Under the pieces are notes generated by a model that saw only the letters and a list, made by a program, of their open reading frames with translations, did not search any database and had not been told where the DNA came from. Below, piece by piece: positions 55,046 to 64,000 of a DNA stretch of 64,000 nt; the first letter of the stretch is position 1; every line of letters begins with the position of its first letter. This DNA is from Candidatus Latescibacterota bacterium. Its GTDB lineage: Bacteria > Latescibacterota > UBA2968 > UBA8231. The position numbers were made by a program, and so were the translations under genes. The stretch covers positions 5,408,001 through 5,472,000 of the forward strand of contig OZ252098.1 of the NCBI GenBank assembly GCA_965248355.1. The letters run 5' to 3'.

Positions 55046-55109
55046 GCAGACCTCGGCCGGAGCGGCGATCCCTTCCGGTTTCCTGTCGTATATTGAAGCT
55101 GGAGGACGC

Positions 55110-55490
55110 ATGACCACCCTCGACCGCCCGATCACCGCCGACGAGCTTCTGGAGATGCCGGACGACGGATTCCGCTACGAGCTTGTGGCAGGAGAGCTGA
55201 GGAGGATGACCCCCGCCGGGGACGCCCACGGCGAGATCGCCGCCACCGGCCGGATCGAGGGATTCCGGTCGGGGGCGCCGGACCTGGCGGCCGAGGTCGA
55301 CTCTCCGGAGAAGGTCTTCGACTGGCTCGACGCCGGTTGCCGCCTCGTCCTCGTCGTCCTTCCGCAGACCCGCACGGTGACCTGCTACCGGTCGCGCGGC
55401 GACATCCGCGTCCTCGTCGAGGGCGAGTCCCTGGACGGCGGCGACGTCGTGCCGGGCTGGGTATTGCCGGTCTCGGACCTGTTCTCCTGA
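55110..55490 (+). pseudogene. Uma2 (DUF820) family endonuclease with in-frame internal deletions
   Basis: GGAGG RBS; 'RYELVAGEL..MTPAG..HGEI', 'GAPDLAAEV', 'KVFDWLDAG', 'LDGGDVVPGW..VSDLF'. Only 126 aa; the central PD-motif region is missing. Confidence 0.65.
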
Positions 55491-55557
55491 CGGCCCCCCG
55501 GCTTCGTCCGCGCCGGGCGCTTGCCGGCCCGGGGTCCGGCTCCGACCCTTCTCCGCC

Positions 55558-56817
55558 ATGAACCTCTCCCCTCCGCGCGGCACCCGCGACTTCTACCCGG
55601 CCGAGATGCGGCTGCGCACCTGGCTCCACGGCCGCTTCCGGGAGGTGGCGGGGCGCTTCGGCTTCGAGGAGTACGACGCCCCCGTGGTCGAGACCGCCGG
55701 GCTCTACGTGCGCAAGGCCGGCGAGGAGATCGTCGACCAGATCTACACCTTCCAGGACAAGTCCGGCCGCGACCTGGCCCTGCGGCCGGAGATGACCCCT
55801 TCCCTGGCGCGCATGGTCCTGCAGAAGGGCGGCGCCCTCGGCCTGCCCATCAAGTGGTTCAGCGTGCCCCAGTGCTGGCGCTACGAGCGCATGACCCGGG
55901 GCCGCCGCCGCGAGCATTTCCAGTGGAACATGGATGTCTTCGGCGTTGCCGAGGTCACCGCCGAGGCGGAGCTGCTGGCCGCCGCCGTCGCCCTCTTCGA
56001 GGATCTCGGGCTCGGCGCGGGGGAGGTGGACGTGCGCGTCTCCAACCGGCGCCTGCTGCAGGACCTCCTCCAGGCCTGCGGCGTGGGCGACGACCTCTTC
56101 GGCCCCGTCTGCGTGCTCCTGGACAAGCTGGAGAAGGTGCCCCGCGAGGCGGTGGAGGAGGAGCTGGGGCGCCTCGGTGTCGAGGCCGCCGTCGTCGACC
56201 GGGCTCTCGAGTTCGCCTCCTGCGCCACCCTGGAGGAGGCCCGGGCCCTGGGCGGCGACGACAAGGGGCTGGAAGAACTGGAGCGCCTCTTCGAGCTGGC
56301 CGCCGCCTACGGGTGCGCCGGCTGGCTGCGTTTCGATCCCTCCCTGGTGCGGGGACTGGCCTACTACACCGGCATCGTCTTCGAAGCCTTCGCGGCGCGG
56401 GGCGGGCTGCGGGCGCTGTGCGGCGGCGGCCGCTACGACCGGCTGCTGTCGGCCTTCGGGGGCCGCGACGTGCCGGCCTGCGGCTTCGGCTTCGGCGACG
56501 CCGTCGTCGTCGAGCTGCTGAAGGACCTGGGCCGGCTGCCGGAGCTTCCGGCCCGCGTCGACGACGTGGTCTTCGCCTTTGCCGGCGACCTGCGGGCCCC
56601 GGCCATGGAGGTCGCCGCCCGGCTGCGGCGGGCGGGGCGCTCGGTGGATCTCATCCTCGAGGAGAAGCGGATGAAGTGGGCCTTCCGCCACGCCGACGCG
56701 GCCGGCGCCGGCCGGCTCGTGCTGCTGGCCCCGAAGGAGTGGGAGCGCGGCGTGGTCAGGGTGCGCGACCTGGCCACGGGCGTCGAGGTGGAGCAGCGCC
56801 CCGAAGAGCTGGGCTGA
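55558..56817 (+). CDS. hisS: Histidine--tRNA ligase
   Basis: 'PRGTRDFYP', 'LALRPEMTPS', 'WRYER..GRRREHFQW', 'VRGLAYYTGIVFE', 'GGGRYD'. Confidence 0.97.
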   Translation: MNLSPPRGTRDFYPAEMRLRTWLHGRFREVAGRFGFEEYDAPVVETAGLYVRKAGEEIVDQIYTFQDKSGRDLALRPEMTPSLARMVLQKGGALGLPIKWFSVPQCWRYERMTRGRRREHFQWNMDVFGVAEVTAEAELLAAAVALFEDLGLGAGEVDVRVSNRRLLQDLLQACGVGDDLFGPVCVLLDKLEKVPREAVEEELGRLGVEAAVVDRALEFASCATLEEARALGGDDKGLEELERLFELAAAYGCAGWLRFDPSLVRGLAYYTGIVFEAFAARGGLRALCGGGRYDRLLSAFGGRDVPACGFGFGDAVVVELLKDLGRLPELPARVDDVVFAFAGDLRAPAMEVAARLRRAGRSVDLILEEKRMKWAFRHADAAGAGRLVLLAPKEWERGVVRVRDLATGVEVEQRPEELG

Positions 56818-56819
56818 GG

Positions 56820-57887
56820 ATGACCAACGCGAAGATACTGATCGTCGAAGGGGACAAAGCCGTTGCCGCGCACTTGCAGGAGTGCCTGCAAAACCTCGGA
56901 TACACGGTGTGCGCCGCGGTTTCCCGAGGCCGCGAGGCGGTAGAGAAAGCCGCGGCCTCGCCGCCCGACCTGGCCCTGGTCGACCTGGGGCTGGAAGGGG
57001 AGCTCAGCGGCCCGGAGACAGGCGAGCGGATCGGGAGCAGGGGCGGCTGGAGATCGTCGATACCATTCTCCACAACATCGGCAACGCCATCAACAGCGTC
57101 ACCACGGGCATCGAGACCGTGCGCCGGACCCTGATGAACGACCCGGTCGGCCGCCGTCTCTTCGCCCTGGCCGCGGCGGTGCGGGAGCACCGGGAGGACT
57201 GGCTCGACTACATCGCCAACGACCCGCAGGGCCGCAAGGTGATGCCCTTCATCGTCGAGCTCGCAGAAAGCTCTTCCCGGCGCAACGAGGAGCTGATGAA
57301 GACGGTGGACCGGGTCCGCGACCGGGGCAGCCACATCGCCGACATCGTCCGCACCCAGAAGGCGCTGGCCGGTCCCGGCCTGGCTCGCAAGGACATCGAC
57401 CTCCACGAGGCGCTCTCGGGCGCCGTCAGGGTGTTGAGGGACTCGCTCGACCAGAGGGGCATCCAGGTCGCCATCGACTGCGACGGCGCGCCCCGGCGGA
57501 TCCGCATCCAGGAGAGCCAGTTCCACCAGATGCTGGTCAACCTGGTCAAGAATTCCCTCGAAGCGATCGACGATCTCGCCGCGGCGCAGGGACTCGACGA
57601 CACCCCCTCATCCGGATCAGGGCCGGCGCCGGGAAGGAATTCCTCAAGCTCGAAGTGATCGACAACGGCATCGGCATCCGGAGCAAGGACACCCGGGTGC
57701 TGTTCTCTCCCGGGTACACGACGAAAGAGACGGGGAGCGGTCTCGGTCTCCATTCGGCGGCCAACTTCGTCATCGGCCTCGGAGGGCGCATGCAGCCGTT
57801 GAGCGAGGGCACCGGAAAGGGGACGACCATGCGCGTGACCCTGCCCCTTTCCTCGGTCGCCCCCCACGCAACGGGGGGAGAAGGGCC

Positions 57888-57891
<4 letters not shown>
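56820..57891 (+). pseudogene. Disrupted receiver-histidine kinase gene
   Basis: Truncated REC 'MTNAKILIVEGD..PDLALVDL..GERIG' shifts frame near 57035 into HisKA '[25 protein letters not shown]'; a second shift in the C5 run 57603-57607 leads to '[24 protein letters not shown]'. Confidence 0.8.
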
Positions 57892-59777
<1,886 letters not shown>

Positions 59778-60008
59778 GCCGGCCGCCGGCCGCCGTCACA
59801 TGGCACATCGAGTCGTCCCTCCTGCCCGTGTAGCCAATTGATACTCGTGTTGCAAAACGCTACTCGCGGCGCAATTGCGACAGATCCTTTGGTTTTCCGG
59901 CCTCGGCTTTCCCCTGTAACTCCTTCATAGACACCCAGTTGTAGTAGTCCCCCACCTGCAAGTCCCGCCACCACCGCGCCGCCCGAGGCGGTTCGTCCGG
60001 GCGGTTCT

Positions 60009-60027
60009 GTGTCCCATTCTGAGACAC
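60009..60027. promoter_or_regulatory. Palindromic upstream activator sequence candidate
   Basis: gtgtcccattctgagacac (7 of 8 bp dyad), about 80 bp upstream of the -24 element. Confidence 0.5.
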
Positions 60028-60106
60028 TCCCGCAAGACCCCCCGGGCCTCCCACGAATGCTTCTAACTCCTTCATCTGCAAGGAGTTAGCTCTTCGTTTC
60101 AATAGC

Positions 60107-60121
60107 TGGAACGGATTGTGC
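60107..60121 (+). promoter_or_regulatory. Sigma54 (-24/-12) promoter candidate
   Basis: TGGAACGGATTGTGC has GG-N10-GC spacing and resembles TGGCACGNNNNTTGC; it lies 150 nt upstream of the adhesin ATG and next to a bEBP gene. Confidence 0.6.
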
Positions 60122-60270
60122 CTGTACCCAGTGATTCCCCCGGAGGGCAGGATGACGCACAGGCGCGTTCCTGCCCGCGGGTTCTTCCAAGAGGTACAAC
60201 CGCCCGGCTCCTTGCGGTTTCTGCCGCGCAGGCGCAGGAAACGCAGGCCGCGCCAAGGCACTTACAGTCC

Positions 60271-63200
60271 ATGTACGATTCATACGATCCATTGTGCCCG
60301 GGTCCCGGCGCCCCGCGGCGCGCCCCGCCGCGGTTGCGTTCCCGGAACCCCGCCGTCGCGCTGGTGTACCTGATCGCCGCGCTCGTCCTCCTCGCACCGG
60401 CCGGCATTTGGAGCCAGGTCAACCGGGACAGCCACCTGCCCGAAGTGTCCGTGAGCCTGGTGGGCGGCGTGTTGGGAACCTATGAGGATTTTCCCGTTCT
60501 GGAGGGCAACGTCATCCGCTTCGAGCTGACCCGCACGGGCGCGTTGACCGCAACGCTGGCGGTCGAGCTGGAGGTGACCTACAACGGCAGCCGGCAGACG
60601 CGTACGGCGACGTTCCCGGCCGGCGAGCAGACCGTCCAGGTAGACGTGGCCACGGACGAGAACGAGGTGGTCGACGCCGCCCACCACTCGCTGACCGTCG
60701 CCATCCAGCCCGCCGCCACGTACCAGGTCAGTTCCGAGTCCGGCATGGTCAGCGTCGCGGTGCCGGACGACGACATCGAGATATTCGTGCGCCGCGCCTC
60801 CCTCAGCCCCGAGTCGGTGGTCGAAGGGGAGACGGACTACTACGACTTCGAGGTATCGCGCAACGGCGATACCTCGCTGGAGCTGGTCTCCGTGTACATG
60901 TTTGCGCAATTCGGCGACGGGGCCGTCACGCCGACGGTCAATGTGAATTTCGACGCGGGGCAGGCGTCGAAGCCGGCGCGCCTCCGATTGCCGGACGATG
61001 ACGACCTCCACCAGGCCGACTTCACCGTGACGTACGGCGTCGCGGCGATCGTGGAACAGCAAGAGAATCGCAGCTACCGCCGGGGCGATCCGCATACCGC
61101 CACGTTCCGCGTCCTCGATGACGACCTGCCGGTCGTGGGAATCGCGGTGGCCCCCGAGAGCGGGGATGAGGGAACCGACTTCCAGATCACCGCGACCCGC
61201 GACGGGACCACCGGGGAATCCCTCACCGTGCTGCTGAGCGTGACCAGCAGCGGCGACTTCGGCACAGTGCCGTCATCATCCGTCACCTTCCCTCTGGGTG
61301 CGGCAGATACCACGCTGACCCTGCCGACGGACGACGACGATCTCGACGAAGCCGACGGGACGTTGACCGTGACGCTCGACGAGAACGATGCCTACCAGAT
61401 CGACGCCGACGCCGGCACGCGGTCGGTGACCGTGCGCGACAACGACCTGGTGCAGGTATCGATTTCGGCGGATCACGACGACGGCGTCACCGAGGGCGAG
61501 ACGCTCACGTTCACGCTCGCGCGCGGAGCACACAACACGGACGCGCTCGACGTGACGGTGGAGGTGAGCGAGACCGGCGAGATGGTTGCCGACGGCCTGG
61601 AAGGCTCGCGGACCGTGAGCTTCGGATCCGGTCAGGCAAGCGTATCGTTCACCGTGCCGACGTCCACCGACCAGACCGCGGAAAGAGAGAGCACCGTATC
61701 GGCGCAGATCGAGGACATGGATGCGTATGCGCCGGGTTCGCCGTCAACGGCTTCGGTCACCGTGCGGGACGACGACCAGACCGTGATTCTGACGGTGAAC
61801 CCGGACGCGGTGACCGAGGATGGGGGCGCGCAGACCGTGACGGTGACGGCGGCGCTGCACGACCACACCAGCACCCGCGACACGCCGATCGATGTGACCG
61901 TGTCCGTGGCCGGGGAGACGGCGACCGCGGGGACCGACTTCCAGGCGGTGGCGGACTTCCCGGTGACGATCCCGGCCAACGCGCGCTCGGGAGCAGGCAC
62001 GTTCATCCTGAACGCGATCGACGACGACGCATTCGAGGAAGACAAGACGCTCACCGTCGGCGGCGCCGCGACCGGACTGAAGGTGACCACCGCGACGCTG
62101 ACGCTCACCGATGAGGACGTAGAGACCCTGCTGCAGGCGGTCCATAGGGACGGCAGGGAGACCAACGCGACGACGGTTCGGGATATCCTGATCATGCGGG
62201 TGTTCTTCAAGGGCGCCGAGACCGTCACGGGATTCACGGCGGATGACATCGAGGTCACCGGCGGCGCCATCACCGAGATTGACCGACGTGACTACAGTAC
62301 CGGCAGGATTGTCCACTTCGTCTGGATAGATGCCGCCGAGGACGCCGAGATGCTCACCTTCGTGGTGCGGAAGGATGCTATTGAAGAGGGCAATTTCCGC
62401 GCCGAGGCGACCTATACCGTTGTGCCGCCCCTCACCGTCACCCTGACCAGCGAGGCGACCGGGCCGGTGCAGGGCGACTTTGTCGTATTGGCGACGTTCA
62501 GCGAGCCGGTCAATTCAGGAAGTGGCGCGACGGAGTCCGTGGCGCACCTCTTCATCGTCGACGAGGACGTCGATGTCGTGCATGGGAGGCGGCTCTACTC
62601 CAACGAGGTGTCGGCGACGCAGTGGCGGATCACCATCAGACCGGACGCCGGCTTCTACGGCACCTTGCGGGTAACCATTGCGGAGAATGCCGCGTCGTTG
62701 CTGAACAACTCTCACATCTTCAACCAGGCGGCGGAGTTCGAGATCCTGGTGGACACCGTCTTCGACGACGCCGCGCTCGCCTCGCTGAGCCTGAGCGACG
62801 GCGTCGGTCTCGATCCGGCCTTCAGCTCGGGCCATACCGGGTACGAGGCCATCTTCGGCCGCGGCGTGACCGTGCGGGTACACGCGGCGGTGCGCGACCC
62901 CGGCGCCACCTTCGTCATCGAGCCGCGCTTCGACCAGAGCGACCAGTCTGCCGGTCACGACGTGTTGCTGACGCCCGGCCGGGCGACCGAGATCACGGTG
63001 ACCGTGACCGCGGAAGACCGCACGACGCGGCGCACCTATACCGTGCGGTTGGTCAACGCGATCGTGACACTGGCGGTGACGCCGTCGCGCATCGGCGAGG
63101 ACGGCGGGTCGGCCACGGTGACGGCGACGATCGATCCCCCGTTTACTCAGGGGGTGCGCGTGACGGTGGCGCCGGAGGCGGTGGCGCCGGCCGCGAGGGC

Positions 63201-64000
63201 GGATTTCATCGTCAGCGACCACAATTGGCTGGACTTCCCCGCCAATGCCACGGCGGCCACGGGCACGGTGACGATCACCGCGGTCAGCAACGATCTGCAG
63301 ACGCTGGACAAGGAGGTCCGCGTCAACGGGACGACCCGCGCGCCCGGCGTGCCGGTGATCGGGACCACGCTGACGATCGAGGACGACGACCGCGTGGCGA
63401 AGTTGACGCTGAACCCCGAATCCGTGGGCGAGGAGGGGGGGGAGCAGACCGTGACGGTGACGGCGACGATCGATCCCCAAAGCAGCACCCGCGACCAGCC
63501 GACCGCGGTGATCGTGTCCGTGGCTGGGGGCACGGCGACCGAGGGGACCGACTTTGCGGCGGTGGATGACTTCCCGGTGACGATCCCGGCCAACGCGCGC
63601 TCGGGAGCAGGCACGTTCAACCTGAACGCGGTCGACGACGACGCATTCGAGGAAGACGAGACCATCATCGTGAGCGGCGCCCCGTTCACGCAGACGTCGA
63701 CCGGGGCGACGCTGACGTTGACCGGGGCGACGCTGACGTTGACCGAGAATGACGTGCCGTGGGTGACGATGGAGAGCACGGAGGCGTCGGTCGAGGAGGG
63801 CGGCTCGGTCACGTTGACGCTGACCCGCGAAGGGTCGGTGACGAACCCGCTGACCATCCCCGGCTCGCTGTTGCGAAGCAGGATCTCGCTCGGCGAGGAG
63901 TATCGCGAGCACCCCGTCACCTTCGAGGCGGGCGAAGCGACCGCGACGCTCACCGTGGGGCCGCCTGATGACGAGGTGTTCTACACGCACCGGCAATTCA
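60271..64000 (+). CDS. Giant secreted/surface repeat protein with Calx-beta, Ig-like and cadherin-like beta-sandwich domains; continues beyond the window
   Basis: Read by hand as an open frame from ATG 60271 to the window end. Signal-like 'VALVYLIAALVLLAPAGIWS'; repeated 'V.EG..','T.DDD.DE.DG','V.D.D' Calx-beta patterns; 'ATFSEPV' Ig-like; 'LASLSLS..LDPAFSSG..Y..TVTAEDRTT..YTV' cadherin-like. Confidence 0.85.
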   Translation, partial: MYDSYDPLCPGPGAPRRAPPRLRSRNPAVALVYLIAALVLLAPAGIWSQVNRDSHLPEVSVSLVGGVLGTYEDFPVLEGNVIRFELTRTGALTATLAVELEVTYNGSRQTRTATFPAGEQTVQVDVATDENEVVDAAHHSLTVAIQPAATYQVSSESGMVSVAVPDDDIEIFVRRASLSPESVVEGETDYYDFEVSRNGDTSLELVSVYMFAQFGDGAVTPTVNVNFDAGQASKPARLRLPDDDDLHQADFTVTYGVAAIVEQQENRSYRRGDPHTATFRVLDDDLPVVGIAVAPESGDEGTDFQITATRDGTTGESLTVLLSVTSSGDFGTVPSSSVTFPLGAADTTLTLPTDDDDLDEADGTLTVTLDENDAYQIDADAGTRSVTVRDNDLVQVSISADHDDGVTEGETLTFTLARGAHNTDALDVTVEVSETGEMVADGLEGSRTVSFGSGQASVSFTVPTSTDQTAERESTVSAQIEDMDAYAPGSPSTASVTVRDDDQTVILTVNPDAVTEDGGAQTVTVTAALHDHTSTRDTPIDVTVSVAGETATAGTDFQAVADFPVTIPANARSGAGTFILNAIDDDAFEEDKTLTVGGAATGLKVTTATLTLTDEDVETLLQAVHRDGRETNATTVRDILIMRVFFKGAETVTGFTADDIEVTGGAITEIDRRDYSTGRIVHFVWIDAAEDAEMLTFVVRKDAIEEGNFRAEATYTVVPPLTVTLTSEATGPVQGDFVVLATFSEPVNSGSGATESVAHLFIVDEDVDVVHGRRLYSNEVSATQWRITIRPDAGFYGTLRVTIAENAASLLNNSHIFNQAAEFEILVDTVFDDAALASLSLSDGVGLDPAFSSGHTGYEAIFGRGVTVRVHAAVRDPGATFVIEPRFDQSDQSAGHDVLLTPGRATEITVTVTAEDRTTRRTYTVRLVNAIVTLAVTPSRIGEDGGSATVTATIDPPFTQGVRVTVAPEAVAPAARADFIVSDHNWLDFPANATAATGTVTITAVSNDLQTLDKEVRVNGTTRAPGVPVIGTTLTIEDDDRVAKLTLNPESVGEEGGEQTVTVTATIDPQSSTRDQPTAVIVSVAGGTATEGTDFAAVDDFPVTIPANARSGAGTFNLNAVDDDAFEEDETIIVSGAPFTQTSTGATLTLTGATLTLTENDVPWVTMESTEASVEEGGSVTLTLTREGSVTNPLTIPGSLLRSRISLGEEYREHPVTFEAGEATATLTVGPPDDEVFYTHRQF
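63699..63740 (+). repeat. Perfect 21-bp in-frame tandem duplication (TGATLTL x2)
   Basis: gaccggggcgacgctgacgtt at 63699-63719 and 63720-63740. Confidence 0.92.

Noticed and set aside
61790..63750. Pair of similar repeats as a possible DGR template/variable region
   Set aside because: Both copies are in frame within one gene, mismatches are not confined to adenines of one copy, and no reverse transcriptase is present.

Overview
High-GC bacterial chromosomal DNA. The secreted-protein families (C-terminal 'AVExxSWGRIK' tails, a 'PNPFTPNGD' FlgD/CHU-like C-terminus, a Calx-beta adhesin) suggest a Ca. Latescibacterota-like FCB-group organism; this is inference only. About 45 genes are supported. 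Housekeeping genes include fabI, fhs, mutM, clpP, hisS, an IHF/HU gene, moaB, a SirC-like gene and an ABC-F ATPase. There are also glycan/sulfate-use genes, a two-AcrB RND pump, two-component and sigma54 regulators, a PIN/HTH toxin-antitoxin pair and a giant surface protein that runs off the right end. The best candidate for an undescribed system is a translationally coupled operon at 8911-20559 (minus strand). It encodes a 2504-aa protein in which a UDP-glucose/GDP-mannose-type dehydrogenase, split by large insertions, is fused to an ATP-grasp ligase, followed by a second ATP-grasp protein, a fucokinase/HddA-like GHMP kinase and fabI. Other notable items: (i) a 397-aa protein of three tandem Rid/YjgF-like domains heading a ComD/ComE-like, LarA-like, KduD operon; (ii) a 4.2-kb integrase-free defence islet (Type ISP/IIG-like R-M gene plus a frameshifted two-TM gene) bracketed by a 36-bp direct repeat of a host gene's 3' end; (iii) several internally deleted pseudogenes, one with a perfect 32-bp palindrome at the deletion scar; (iv) a sigma54 promoter with a palindromic UAS upstream of the adhesin. 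No rRNA, tRNA, CRISPR array, integrase or transposase was seen. Family calls come from motif recognition by eye, not database searches, and many start codons are best guesses.
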